NCBI GenBank assembly: GCA_002633005.1
Contig: NMRA01000208.1
Location: forward strand, 344,956 to 408,955
Direction: 5' to 3'
Source: Phoronis australis
Lineage: Eukaryota > Animalia > Phoronida
DNA: 64,000 bases
The translations under genes and the position numbers were made by a program. Below the pieces are notes generated by a model. That model was not told the DNA's origin and did no database searches. It was given only the letters and a program-made list of their open reading frames with translations. Positions within the stretch are counted from its first letter, which is position 1. Every line of letters begins with the position of its first letter. Below are positions 49,301-62,497 of this stretch, one piece after another.

Positions 49301-49602
49301 ATACGCAGCTTATCTCCCGCCGGTACATTAAAACCGTAGGTAGCTTGGTCACTGTCTTTCGATCTCCTCTTCCTTGCGTGCTGTGCATTAATGTTTGGCC
49401 CTTGTAAAAAAGCAGCCAGAACATCCCTGGCAGATTTAATGCCGTTTTTCTCAGAATGCAGTGACTTACCCACGCTGCTTGCTTGGGCACCGTCGGCCCA
49501 CGGGCTGTCATGTATAATGTCTCGTTGGCTGTTATCACGTTCTTTAAGACCTGTTGCATGCACAGAGAACAGCAGTGCAAGTGCAAATAGTTCCAACAAC
49601 AT
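46386..49602 (-). CDS. Olfactomedin-domain protein, exon 1 (signal peptide, furin site, long coiled coil, Thr-rich mucin stalk)
   Basis: gccATG at 49602, signal peptide MLLELFALALLFSVHA, RKRR, heptad-rich stretch of about 600 aa, TTAPSLT repeats. Donor ACCG|GTGAGT joins exon 2 in frame (...KRT-A-CPKRLATV). Total 4119 nt, 1372 aa. Confidence 0.88.
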
Positions 49603-50289
49603 GGCTTGTGTGTATACGTGTAGGTCCACCAAGTTACCTCACAGCACCAGCCTTTACAACCGTCCGGCTACAGGTAACATTTTAAAAGAGTGCAACAGTC
49701 GACGACGTGGGATCATAAGTCCTATCAGATAACATCCTGCCAAAAGGTTAAATGTCAGTTAGATAACCTCATGACTACAGGTATTAGTTTCATATCAGGT
49801 GTGACGTGTTTTCACGAGTTCTCGCGAAAGATGATTCAAATTAAAAAAACTGAAAATGTGCCCTCCCCCTCCCCATTTGGAAAAGTGGGCAAAATAGTTC
49901 GCCTCAAAGAAACAAAAAGTCCGAGAAAAACGAGACAAAAGTCCAGTAAAAATGAATGAATGCGGCGTATATATAGCCCTGAACGAACCCCGTATTCCTT
50001 ATTTTTTCTTTAGTAAAAGGTCCACATCCTCAAAAATTCGAGCTCCCCTATATTTTAGGCTGGGAGCGCGCATGCCGTTTGTGTAGTATGCACGGGAAAT
50101 GCAAGTAAACGATTCAGTTTTGAAGAACAAAAATTCACTGCGCAATACTACTGGCAATTAAAAACATCAAGAAAGTGCAAAAACAACCTTTCCAATTTAA
50201 TGACCAATGAAATAGATTTTACTTGTTCAAGTACTTAAACTTCTTTTTCAATCTACGATTTGTAAACTTAAACCCAGTAATCTAGTTCC

Positions 50290-50960
50290 TAAGCCAATAA
50301 ACAATTTATTGCCATTTGAATTGTGAGAACATTTTGGGACACTTTGTAGAGCTGTCCGAAATTCATCAATTTCCTTGAGACTTATTTCAGATAGGCAAAA
50401 ATCGTTTAGTGTACTTTTATTTTTGGGGATCTGATGATAGATCGAATTTTCCCAATGTCGGTCTGGAACTAAGTTCATTGAAGCATTGTCATTTCTTACA
50501 AAATTAGCTTTTTACTTTCAAAAAAATCATCTCTCAATCAATCCATTTTCATAGATTCATAAACAAGTAAATCAGAAACCAACAATCAAATCCATGAGCA
50601 ATGCGTTTACCTTGATTTAATTCCGTTTTGATCCCCTGTTAGTGAGTTTAAACAGCACATCTTGTACCGAAGTAAAAAAGTAATGAATTTATTGTCAATT
50701 GAATTATGAGTAAATTTTTGGAAAGTGTCCAAATTTCATCAATGTCTTTGAGAGTTATTTTAGATAGAGAAAAAAAAGCCTCCAAGTGCACTTTACTATT
50801 TGGGGCTCGGATTATTGAGTTTTTTTCCATATTCAGCCTTCAACTTAATTCCCTGAATCGTAATTATTTTTTAAAAGATTAGCTAGTAATTGCCAAAAAT
50901 CATCTATTAACCTGTCGGTTTTCGTAGATACACAAACATGTAAATCAAAAACCAACGAAT
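50290..50960. repeat. Degenerate two-copy tandem duplication (~380-bp period)
   Basis: aatttattg.ca.ttgaatt.tgag and ttcatcaat.t..ttgaga.ttattt.agatag recur at about 50300 and 50685. Confidence 0.6.
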
Positions 50961-52339
50961 TTGTTGATCAAAACGGAATGTTATAAGCATTTTCCGCTTG
51001 TATGCTCGCAGATTTTTGACGGGTAAGCAGGGGAAAATGGAAATTAAGCATTCATAGCAAGATGTATTTTTGCTCAATTCCGAGGTACCTATAACGGTTC
51101 ACGAGTTGAACTTGGCGAGTATTTGAGTACACTCGTTTGACATATACACGGTCACACCAATGGTAGCCTCGACAGCAGTGTTTTCCACATGTGGGAATTC
51201 CTTACAAACAACTCATAGTAACCATCTTCAAAAGAGATACTATTCTTGAATGTGCTAATATGGGAAACAGTAACGTTATTTATAACTAACCATCGGAAAT
51301 AGTCCTTTTGTGTAATTAACAAACAACGGTCTTCACGTTCTTTAAAATTCCTGACTCACTTTCGATAGCGGTCAATCCTAATGTATCTTTTCACATTTTT
51401 GGTTGTCGTGATACTGCTGTGCTGTGCACGAGTGTTTTGTGTTTTTTGATGAATTTCGAATCACAACTTGCCCATTGAATACTTGGCAGTGTCGGATTTA
51501 CATGAACAGAGGGACAAAGGGACATTTCTCCGAACTGCTCCATCGAGAGAGGGTCTCGTCTGAAATGGGACACATTAATTATGAAAAGCTAAACATCATT
51601 AAGCTTGGAAAAGAGTGACAGTTCATTCCACCTTCGTGTGGTCACAAGATGGTGACCTTCCTCAACCTGAAAGTCGGTTGCACGATTTCACAAAAAACGG
51701 AAACTAGACGTAGGCCTAATCAAGTCCAACTTTGGGTCCTCTGTTCTTGAGTGGACCCTTAAGAATTTGACAATAAAAATATAAAAAGGTGGTCACTTGA
51801 ATGTCATCAATGGCCTTCTTCAAGGGTGGGGCCCCTCAGTATGAAAATATCTATATTTTGAAATGTTAAGAAGTGTAGAGCAATTGATAATATCTGTCAG
51901 TTCATCATTTTTTCTCAAGTGATATACAATTCTAGAAAAAAGCGACAGTTGTCTCCGTTATCCCTTGCAAGAGAGGGGTCTCTGGAAAAATGTGGTTTTG
52001 CAGTAGAGTTTAGACGACCTGTGCTGCGAAAGGGGACTGGGCCACAATAACAATGTCCTGGCCAGGATCCTCAAAAGGTAAACCATGCGTTGATACAAAG
52101 TTATTAAATGTTCTCTTGAATTTTCTCTATTATCCGCATTTAGCAGTCATTCTTTTCTGTCTCCGCCCCACGCGTATGCAGGTTGCCACGGTTTAACCCT
52201 TAGGCCTGAAAATTTTGGGGGGCCCGTGCCCCCCCCCCGCCCCCCCACTTCCTACGGCCCTGCTGTGGACACTGTTGTATCGGCTTGAAACAGTGATCCC
52301 AAAGGATGTTTGGGTCCCATCATCACCATAAGCCGACAG

Positions 52340-53170
52340 CTACTTCATATCACAAAAAGCGTCAGAGGCAATGTGAATTCGGAGAGGACAATTGTCAGCC
52401 GGCGATCAAGCCAGTTTGTCTGATTAGCACGAAAAGTGGTATAGTTAGATGGCTGGTTCTCGGAATATATCTTTGCCAGAACAGCCATCGAGTCGGTGGC
52501 AGTGGTCAGAGAGCGGTGAGAGCACGTTTTATAGCCTCCAATTCCATTTGAGTATATGTGAATGTTTATGGCATTTAAATTCCAAGTATACGACTTTCTA
52601 CAGGCATCAATTAATTTCTGGGTAAAAGAATTATAACCTCTTCTTACAAGCACGCGTGTTATAATACAACTATGTTTGCAGCTATCTCCGCCTAGGCGAG
52701 ACTGTATGGGCCCCGAGTATCCAAACGGTAACTTTGTATCGCTCCGCACATGCACGCAATGACAACTTTTTTGCCAAATCGTTCAAATGTCAAACAATGT
52801 TACATTGTTCAAACGGTTTGCAGTCTTTCCTGTCGGTTGTTCATGCATCTTCAAGAGCGCCATCCAAGATCATTTTCTGCAATGTCACGAACGTAAAATC
52901 ACCCGTCAAGAAATCGTGGAAAATACATCAATTCGGTACGTAGAGCACGATGTGCTGCGATTGAAAGTATTAGAGTCCCTTTTGATTGCATTTGAGAAGC
53001 CTGTTTTGAATGAGCAGTAACCCCCGTTCATTAGTCATCCTTTGCAGTTTTTCACACCTGCCGTGTCCCACTGTGTATGTCTCCAGCTTATGTTTTGTGG
53101 TGGCATTACTGTGTCATTTTATATTCACTTGAGAATGAAACAAGTATGTTTCGAAATATCGTGTATCTTT
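52340..53170. mobile_element. Penelope-like element fragment (GIY-YIG C-terminus plus pLTR hammerhead-like motif)
   Basis: Plus strand SAIQDHFLQCH...RQEIVENTSI...RLKVLESLLIAFEKPVLNEQ* matches the PLE endonuclease tail pattern. Minus strand RVLVRRGY resembles the RT-thumb/linker. Motif at 53126-53163. Confidence 0.7.
53126..53163 (+). ncRNA. Minimal hammerhead-ribozyme-like motif of a Penelope pLTR (variant core)
   Basis: cac-TTGAGAA-tg-AAACA-agta-TGTTT-CGAAA-tatcgtg, about 105 nt after the PLE ORF stop. Confidence 0.5.
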
Positions 53171-56100
53171 TGATTATGTCGCTAGATCAGTTACTTCACC
53201 AAGCATCCGTTGAATGTAGAGTTTTATTCCGAACATATGAACGAAACGGAATAAAGACTGTCAACAATGAAAAGTGTCGCGTGTTTAATCAATTCTGCAT
53301 ATCGGAAAAGTCGTTAAAGCTACATTTTCCGGCTTTTTCGCTCACGCACTTGAACATTGTTTTGTTGTGAATTGACGTAGTTGTTTCCCTTCTCACGCGC
53401 TGTCCGGTGACGCGTTTTCAGGCTTGCTGAACAAACTGTGATACCTTGAGGTTATGCAGTCGATTCAGTGGCATATCTGTGATCAACGTTTCACGGAAAG
53501 AGTGAGCCTGATGCGACACTGCGTCACAGCACGAGGACACTCCGTTTTGTGGTGAATGTGGCATGTCATGCAAACAGTATGCCTCCATCTACAGGCATAG
53601 CAAGCAGAAACGTCATGAATGAAATCATGAAGTCCAGTGGTGAAGGTTGTTAAGTCACTATAGTTTATTCAGATTTACAAAGTCTGTGGTTGGTAGTTGT
53701 CTGATGTGATAGTATTTTTGACGTTTCGTTTTGAACCTTTTTTCCTCAAGTTTCTTTCAATATATGTGTTATTTCAATTAAAATGATCTTTAACAGAACC
53801 AGTACATTTTTGTAGTGTTTAGGTAGATTTAAATGGCCATTGGGCGATACTTACATACAACTGTTCTGACAAATGAGTATTTTGAATGAAAATATATGTC
53901 TATGATTATTGTAGAAATTGCTTTCATATTGTAGTTGATTTCCTGTGAAAGACTGATATACTATCAATCAGTCCTAATTACATTGTCTATGATTCAGTGA
54001 TGATTTAGTCTAATACATTCCAAAAGTAATTCGTTGGAAATGTTCAATGGATTTGTTTTGCTGATTTCCCTATAAATAAATGTATATATTTTGTAAGACC
54101 AATATTGAGGTATGTGTGATAAAAGATTAATATTGTAATAGAAATGCTATAATATTGTTGATTTCCTGTGTAAATCACTACAGTGTGTAGTTGAAGTGAC
54201 GTTAATGACAACTTGTTGACTACGTTTTGAGAAAATCACAATATAGTATGTGTATTATAACTCTCAATCTTTTTGCAGTGTCACATTAAACTCGAGATCA
54301 TGAAGTGATGACGCAGGTGAACTTAGGACCAAGACTACAAAACAGAAGAGTCAAACACAACGTATAGTCAAACCACACGGTGCTACAAGTCAATCTGTTC
54401 ATCTCAGTATCGATGTTATCAGTAATAAAATATCAAGCCAAAAATCCCACCCGTTTTATCAGCACACCAGTTTACACAACTTCTGGCCAATTTTTTTATA
54501 CCAGACGTGTATGAGTGAGAATCTTTGAATCATCTCGTGAAGTGTTGCCGCACATCCCTCTCTTCCCATAGGCAAGCTCATCATCATTCTTTGACGTCAC
54601 TGACTATTTGTTTTTTTCCTTTTGCTGTCACAATTTTACAAGAAGATTCTTCACTCGCTTTCATCTCGGTGCTGCAACAATTTGTTTACCCCTGGCTGAC
54701 AGGCCAAATGGAACAACTCCTTCAGTTTAGAAACCCTTGTTCTCAGTGGTTTGGTCTGTACTTTTCAAACCCTGGTCGGCTGTACCTTCACGTCATATGT
54801 AACATGTTCGTTGAAGCTCGCCTCACATTAACAGTGAACTTGTTTCCTGAAATGAGAATAAATTCGTTTGTGAAACTAAAATTATGCTTGATGCATATGT
54901 AGTGTTCATGGCACTTTAATGGAAATAAAGCTATGTTGTTGTTCAGTTTTGATACGAAAGTAACACAGTAACGACACAAAATGTGATTAATTCATTGCAC
55001 CACACTTATTTTGTAACTTTTTTTCACGTTTTATAAGTAAAAAGTTCATTACTGTTCGACACACCACAATGCGTTCCCGATCGCATAAACAAACACAAAT
55101 TTGCGTTTCCGATCGCTTATCGTTGCGTTCTCGATCGCATCTTTCAACAGAAAAGCCTCGAAAAATCAGAGATCCTGACAAAAATACAAAAAATAAGGCA
55201 GCGTTGCGTTATATTTTCACACGCCATTTCTTCATAACTCTATGGTCAATTTATTGATTTAGTGCCAAAAATAACAGCAGTTTGCCAAAATGATATTCAA
55301 ATCACCTTCGGTTTAAGCGATGCCTCGGTCAACGTAACTTTCTCCTATAATTGGGAGAGACACTAGCCTAAACCTCTACCTGCCCTTCCTAAATGTGTTA
55401 CGCCTTGAAGTCATGTCTCTGTTTTCACATTGAAAGTAAAAACAACGAAAATTCATCAAATTTACTCACCTTGCCTGGCTTCGCTTCTCGCGCCAAATTT
55501 CGTTCTCGATCGCCCTCCGGTCGTTCTCGATCGCCGGTTGGCAGGGGTGGAACTGGAGACAGACAAATCCTGTTGATATGTGGATGATGTGTCATATAAA
55601 TACAATTTTTTGATTGAGTTTAATTGGATATTACTAGTTTTATTTTTTACATCACAAAATAATGAAAACAGAACGCTATTGTAGTTACCACTGTAGCTTA
55701 AAATGCCAGATTCAGCGGCTTTCGTGTAATTTCGTGTAATTTATTCAGCTTAAATGGTGGTTGACCTGGTTGAAACTTTGGAATTGTAGTCGTAAAAAGT
55801 AGTTCCCTTTAGTAGTAACCTTTTCGGATATTGCACGGACACGTGACACGATTATTGCACGGCCATATCAAGACGTATGTGGTATAAATACACAAAACGT
55901 GCCGAGAGTAGCGTCTAGCTGAAGTAATATCCCACGAGATATGATCAAAGAGTTTAGGAATGACAAAGCAGTGGTCGAGCGTGACAGCGAAAATAGCTAA
56001 CAAAAGTAGCCTCATTGACTTTAACATGTCATTATTTTAAAAAACGGGCATATCTCAAGCTGCACACGGTAACGGTTTGGATACTGTTGGTGGCTAAAAA

Positions 56101-57284
56101 TTTGGGTGGAAACAATATCGACCGTCACAGTCTCGATTAGGCAGATTTTGCTGCACAAAATAGGCAATAGTCCCGTACAGTGGTCCCAGATATTGAAAAC
56201 CAATTTGATACCCATTATTCCATGGAGAAAACTGGTTCTCAAAATGGGGGACCACCGTATGTGACTATTACCAACATCGTATCCTGATATAGACTTTCAC
56301 CGAGGTCATTGTTGGTTTCTAGACCAAAAAATATGACAGTGACCGAGGCGGAGCTGAAAACCAACATGCTGACCGAGAGTGAAAGCCAGTAATTGTTTTA
56401 TTATATTTTTACATCCGTTAAGTAATACATGGAAGGGGCTTAGTTTTAACTCGTTCAGCCAATCAGCTATTCAATGTAACTCCGTAAATAGCTTCGTCAA
56501 GAAGATGATTGAAGGATAAAAGATTTCCTAGCCACTTCCGAAAATTAAAAAATTACAAAGGAAATCTTTTACCCAACCCAGACTACCTTTGTTTGAAATT
56601 GTACAACTTTTTCTCAGACATTAACTTTGCATGTCCGGCGCTTTCGTCGAGCTTTCTTTCTGACGTCATTGCCAGCTTATATACAAATAAAGCGCACAAC
56701 CGGAGAGGTCAGACTTTGTGCTGGAAACCTTATGACATTAGAGCTGTACGCATTCGAAATAAGATCAAAAGGTTTGCGCGCAATAAAGGTGAGTTTGTTC
56801 GTATGCACAAACAATCTATTTAACCATAAGGCCTGCATTTCAGTTGACACTGATTTTTACGGACCTTAAAGTGAAGATGAAACATAGCACGCATTTAGTA
56901 TTGAGTTCCCAGGGAAACAGTTCCTTTTTCACTTTTCTTTGTAATTTTCGCTTGTGTTGTTTGAAATGGCTTTGTTTCCATGTCTGAGGATACCATGGCA
57001 ATGAATTAAGGAAACTTGTTCTTCACTATTTATCAGATATTAACAATGACTTTCCCATCCATCTCTTTAAAACAAAATGATGATATGCAATCCTCGTCAA
57101 CCCTTAAACGCTTGGAACAAACTCGAAAGATCCTTACAAAGTTTGTTAAACTGGCAAGCGTGACCTACGCTTAGTAGAATTTCACGACTTTGCGGAAGAC
57201 CATCCGCCAGGAACCGTAGTATCCACTCTCTGACACGGTGAGTAAGGGTTTTTTAGTTCAGAGAAAACTACGTTTAACACTGTA

Positions 57285-58839
57285 TAGTCGGTGGGCCAGA
57301 TTTTGTAGGGCCTCTAGAAAATGGTTTTTGTGAGTACTTTAGGGGGGCAATTTTATTTTGGTGTTTTTTAGTTCATTTATTAGAGTGTTTTCAAAATCTA
57401 AAAAGTTCCCACATATAAAGTTGCACATTTTTGAGAAATTTGAGTTTGAAGTTACCTAATAATCACCAAAGAGCTTAGTAAACTTATATTTGTAAAAACA
57501 ACAGTTTTGGTGACTTTTTTGTAAAACAAGTAATATGGTCCCATCAGTGCCATTGTATTGAACAATATTACACTCACATTACATGTTTTACTATTGTAAA
57601 TTAATTGTAAACAGTGAAATTTAAAAAANNNNNNNNNNNNNNNNNNNNNNNNNNNNNNNNNNNNNNNNNNNNNNNNNNNNNNNNNNNNNNNNNNNNNNNN
57701 NNNNNNNNNNNNNNNNNNNNNNNNNNNNNNNNNNNNNNNNNNNNNNNNNNNNNNNNNNNNNNNNNNNNNNNNNNNNNNNNNNNNNNNNNNNNNNNNNNNN
57801 NNNNNNNNNNNNNNNNNNNNNNNNNNNNNNNNNNNNNNNNNNNNNNNNNNNNNNNNNNNNNNNNNNNNNNNNNNNNNNNNNNNNNNNNNNNNNNNNNNNN
57901 NNNNNNNNNNNNNNNNNNNNNNNNNNNNNNNNNNNNNNNNNNNNNNNNNNNNNNNNNNNNNNNNNNNNNNNNNNNNNNNNNNNNNNNNNNNNNNNNNNNN
58001 NNNNNNNNNNNNNNNNNNNNNNNNNNNNNNNNNNNNNNNNNNNNNNNNNNNNNNNNNNNNNNNNNNNNNNNNNNNNNNNNNNNNNNNNNNNNNNNNNNNN
58101 NNNNNNNNNNNNNNNNNNNNNNNNNNNNNNNNNNNNNNNNNNNNNNNNNNNNNNNNNNNNNNNNNNNNNNNNNNNNNNNNNNNNNNNNNNNNNNNNNNNN
58201 NNNNNNNNNNNNNNNNNNNNNNNNNNNNNNNNNNNNNNNNNNNNNNNNNNNNNNNNNNNNNNNNNNNNNNNNNNNNNNNNNNNNNNNNNNNNNNNNNNNN
58301 NNNNNNNNNNNNNNNNNNNNNNNNNNNNNNNNNNNNNNNNNNNNNNNNNNNNNNNNNNNNNNNNNNNNNNNNNNNNNNNNNNNNNNNNNNNNNNNNNNNN
58401 NNNNNNNNNNNNNNNNNNNNNNNNNNNNNNNNNNNNNNNNNNNNNNNNNNNNNNNNNNNNNNNNNNNNNNNNNNNNNNNNNNNNNNNNNNNNNNNNNNNN
58501 NNNNNNNNNNNNNNNNNNNNNNNNNNNNNNNNNNNNNNNNNNNNNNNNNNNNNNNNCATCACATTCCATGGGAGCAGCCATATTGAAGTAACTAAGCACA
58601 ACAATACAATCTGGCTCTCTGATTGGTCAATTCACTAGAAAAGCGCCATCAAGTGGCAGGAATATGCATCATATTTTGTGCAACAAAAACACCTTTTTTT
58701 AAAAAAATGTGCGAGTGTAGACGTGGGAACTTTTTGGAATTTGATTTTTAGTTATATTATCTAGCCACATAGAAAAAACTAGGTTGCCCCCCCAAAGTAC
58801 TCACAAGGGTGAACGCTATGAGATTTGGCCCACCGACTA
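57285..58839. mobile_element. DNA transposon with ~150-bp imperfect TIRs spanning the assembly gap (TA-target type)
   Basis: TAGTCGGTGGGCCA...TTGTGAGTACTTT.GGGGGGCAA...AAAGTTCCCAC at the left, with its reverse complement at 58703-58839. Confidence 0.75.
57629..58556. other. Assembly gap (928 N)
   Basis: Run of N. Confidence 1.
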
Positions 58840-59488
58840 GTAGTAGGACGCCAGTGGTGCATTTGCCGTCGACAGAAAGAGGATTGGTTGAAATCATCAA
58901 AACCGAGTTTAGTACTCTTTTAAAATTAGACAAAGTGTGAATACATCGTGACTTTTTCTTCTTGCACACAACACTAGATGACGAGACCGATTCTAATTAA
59001 TAATTCAGAGACTTGTTTCTAAATGTTTTGCGTGTCAAACAATTTACTTGAAAACTTTCCCTCCGCCATCCATGTTTTGGAGGTAGGTTGTGGTTTTGCT
59101 TTGGGTTGCCAATATTTAATGAAAAAGTTACCGACAGATGGCAAAATTTTTTGGAGAGGAAAAACGGCTAATCAAAATTAGGTTGTGGGAATGACTGACC
59201 GCATAATCCAACTTTTTCATGCACAATAACGCTCAACATACAATCAGGTCTCAATCGCAACATCTGGAACAGGACTGTTTCCTAAATATACGACAGTCTG
59301 TTGATACAGCTAGCTGGCTGGCTACGGATTCTGTAGCATGGATAGGCTCACGTGTTGCTGGGACGGTCGTCGTTGCTGCTCGTGTAATACTGTCGTCGAT
59401 AGTATCGCGTGCTGTCATGGCCAGTGACAACAATGTTTGATATTGGAAAGGAATCGGTACCTGAGTTGCAGACGACATAATGTATAGA

Positions 59489-60180
59489 AATTGAAAACTG
59501 AGACAGAACTTTCACATAATTAGCAGTGCTGTTCCAGATGTTACGATTGAGATCTGGTTGCATGTTGATTGGTATTTACACTGCTACAATTGTATTACTT
59601 TAAGCTATTTTCCGAAAATTTGATGATCGAACCGGCTAACGACGTCGAGTCGACATTGACCTACCTTTTGAATCTTCAATGTCAGAGGTCACTGTTGAAG
59701 TAGTGCGGGAGGTGAATACGGAAAACATTATTACATCTCCCTCGACAGATTCAACGTGTATGGGATAATTTATCGTCTACAACTCAGGCGCCGATTCCTC
59801 GGTAACTACAATATCAAATATTGTTGTTATTTAACTATTTTCGGGCGATCTTACAAATTCCATGAAAAGTTACCATTGTCTTCATCTTTGTTATATCTTT
59901 TCAAGTAATAAATCATCACATTTAAAACTGTTTCTTTTACTAGAGAAAACTTACAGCCTAACGCGCAAGTACATACATATAGGATGTGAGCCGCCACATG
60001 AACAGTCTGAGTGAAGTATTTAGAAAATCTGCGGAAAAAATGATGAAAGAAAATTGGGAATTCAGAGCGTATGGGATAAATACAAAACGTACCTCGATTG
60101 ACGTACATGTAATATCCCACTCGACATTATGCAATGTCTCGTGGGATATAACCTCATGTACGCCACTCTCGGTACGTTTT
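59489..60180. repeat. Dispersed repeat, copy B (partner of 38612-39320)
   Basis: See copy A. Confidence 0.9.
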
Positions 60181-60370
60181 GTGTATTTATTAGGAAAAAT
60201 ATCGTGCTTTGGAGTCATACAACGATCAACGCAAGCTGCGTGTTAGCACGCTCAGAATACACACGCGAAAATGAAGTGCGAACATCAGTTTTAGCCTTTG
60301 AAACTTGCCTTTTGTACAAGGCCGTGATGGTGGGAACTGCGATGCCTTGATGCGCCAAGTTTTCATTAAC

Positions 60371-60526
60371 CAGCCTCTCGTTCAGTAACGCTAGGACCTC
60401 GTTAAAAAGCAAGGCTTTGCGGGATTACGTGAGATATTGCCGTGTATTTTGAATGAGAACGCGTGACTTTGGTTAGATTTTAGCTAGGTCCTAGCGTAGG
60501 TCCTAGCGTTACTGAACTCACGGCTG
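60371..60526. mobile_element. Harbinger-like MITE upstream of the GPCR
   Basis: CAGCC..GTTCAGTAACGCTAGGACCT ... AGGTCCTAGCGTTACTGAAC..GGCTG. Confidence 0.75.
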
Positions 60527-60874
60527 GTGATTTAGTTTGCAGTTATTTCGCGTTAGGTGACGTGTTGCTGGCGCAGTGTTAAAGCTGAGACTTTCGAAAT
60601 GATTCAAGCTGCCTGGATTGAATAATTGCACCTTTAACAAAAATTCTTGAGAAAAAATTTCAAAAGGCGTTACCACTAGCAATCAATATTACTCCGGATT
60701 TATCGACTCCGTGATACTGGTTTGTAATTTCCTAATTTATCCAAATCGTATCATCACACAATGTTGAGGTTCAAAAAAGAATAGTATACCTTTGTGGTTG
60801 TATTGTTGACTCGAGTCTGATGTCTATGTTTTAGGTGCGTTCCATTTTGTTGGCCAGAACATCGCATCTAAAAC

Positions 60875-61906
60875 ATGTATGCCGACGAGTACACGAGCAA
60901 GAATTTGACATCCAACCAAACTGCATGGTTTATTCGCAACGCTGTTTCCATTTATATTATAATTCCATATTCCGTGATCAATATCTTATGGATTGTTTTC
61001 ATCGTAATCAGCAACTCGGTACTACTTTACGTGTACGCCAAACACAAGTCTATACGCGTTAAAAGTGTGCACGTGCTATTATCCGGACTTGCATCCAACG
61101 ATCTCATGGTAGCAGTTGCCGCGTGCATGAACTTCTATTTGAAAATAGTCGTCTACATGGAGTGGCGCTCTTCGGGCAGAGCGTTCGGTTCGACCGCTTC
61201 CGGAACGACTTGTTTGGCTTTGATTGTGTGCATGGCATTTCCGTTGTTTATTCAGTACTGCTTGCTGATGTTAATATCAATAGATCGGGCGGTGAGTGTC
61301 AGATTTCCTATGAAGCACAAGATCATCATGTCCCACACACACTGTTGGATTTTCATCGCTGTTGTTTACGCCTTCGTCGGCACTGTACTCGCCATTGTGT
61401 ACATTCTAACGGCTGAGGACGTGGTAAAGGGTTACGATCCATACTTGCAAACGTGCACCTTAAATATTTTCCCCAAACGATACCGCGCTGTAATGACAGT
61501 AGCTATGGCTGGATTGCCATTGGGAATTAGTGTTTTGCTTCACCTCCTTGTCGCGTGTTATGCATTGAAGACCTTTCGAACTGTTGCACCACATATCGTC
61601 ATGGTGACCAGCCCAAGTTTACCCAAGACGTTGAAAGTGACGAAAGGAACAGCAATAGTGCTGTGTGCTTTCATTGTTTGCGTCATGCCGTCAGTCATTT
61701 ACAGGGCGGTGGCGGACTACTACGAGTATACTTCAACTTCACAGATTTTGGATATGCTTCTTACGGGTCTTCTGGCATTCCACGCAGTGTTGAATCCACT
61801 TATATATACCTATTCCTACCCTGAAATTAGAAAATATGTACGACCCATAGCAAAGTTATTCTGTAAACGTTTAAGACAAATCATGAGAGGTTGCAAAGAC
61901 GTCTAG
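60875..61906 (+). CDS. Orphan class A (rhodopsin-like) GPCR, intronless CDS, 343 aa
   Basis: Seven hydrophobic segments, N-terminal sequons NLT/NQT, TM1 SN, TM2 LASND, TM3 ISIDRAVSVRFP, TM6 FIVCVMP, TM7 LNPLIY. 5'-UTR acceptor ttttag ends at 60834. Confidence 0.92.
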   Translation: MYADEYTSKNLTSNQTAWFIRNAVSIYIIIPYSVINILWIVFIVISNSVLLYVYAKHKSIRVKSVHVLLSGLASNDLMVAVAACMNFYLKIVVYMEWRSSGRAFGSTASGTTCLALIVCMAFPLFIQYCLLMLISIDRAVSVRFPMKHKIIMSHTHCWIFIAVVYAFVGTVLAIVYILTAEDVVKGYDPYLQTCTLNIFPKRYRAVMTVAMAGLPLGISVLLHLLVACYALKTFRTVAPHIVMVTSPSLPKTLKVTKGTAIVLCAFIVCVMPSVIYRAVADYYEYTSTSQILDMLLTGLLAFHAVLNPLIYTYSYPEIRKYVRPIAKLFCKRLRQIMRGCKDV

Positions 61907-62497
61907 CAGCACTGAGACCTCACCTCAAAAGAGTTCCTGAACTTAATTCCTACAATGGTTACCGTATGAGAACTAGATTCTCTCTTAAATGTCGTAGAAC
62001 TCTAGAAAATGTCCACATTTGGTCAAATTAGGAACAATACATTACAGAAATGGGTTGGTCGGACTCTTGCGAAACCTTCAGATACCACGCCCTATGCTGT
62101 GATCTCCAAAACGCCACTGAGGGGCTATCAGAAAATTGTACATTTATGATTTTCATGAAATGAAAACGATATGATAGACTGCAAAATTGTAATAGCGTTT
62201 TTGAGTTTTCATCTTGAACATTCATATTAAACAAAACTTGGACAAAATGTTTTGAAACCGACTGGCTTTGTTATCAACGTACCTTCCCTTTTTTCTAAAT
62301 TTTATTCAAAAGGCATGGTCCCATGACCCAATCAATGGCAAATTGATAAAAAGTCAAACTTCAATATCCACAGGCTTTCTACTCCAGAAAATGTATATTT
62401 TTTCTGACTTAAAGTCTACAGTTTTATAGATATTTAGCTAACTATATACGCGTTTGTTGAGGGGTCCTACATGAGGAGTCATGGGGTCTAACATGAG

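Noticed and set aside
46364-49732. Plus-strand ORFs of 75-162 aa
   Set aside because: Antisense shadows of the olfactomedin gene's large exon.
57601-58604. Three ~330-aa ORFs
   Set aside because: Artefacts of translating the N gap.
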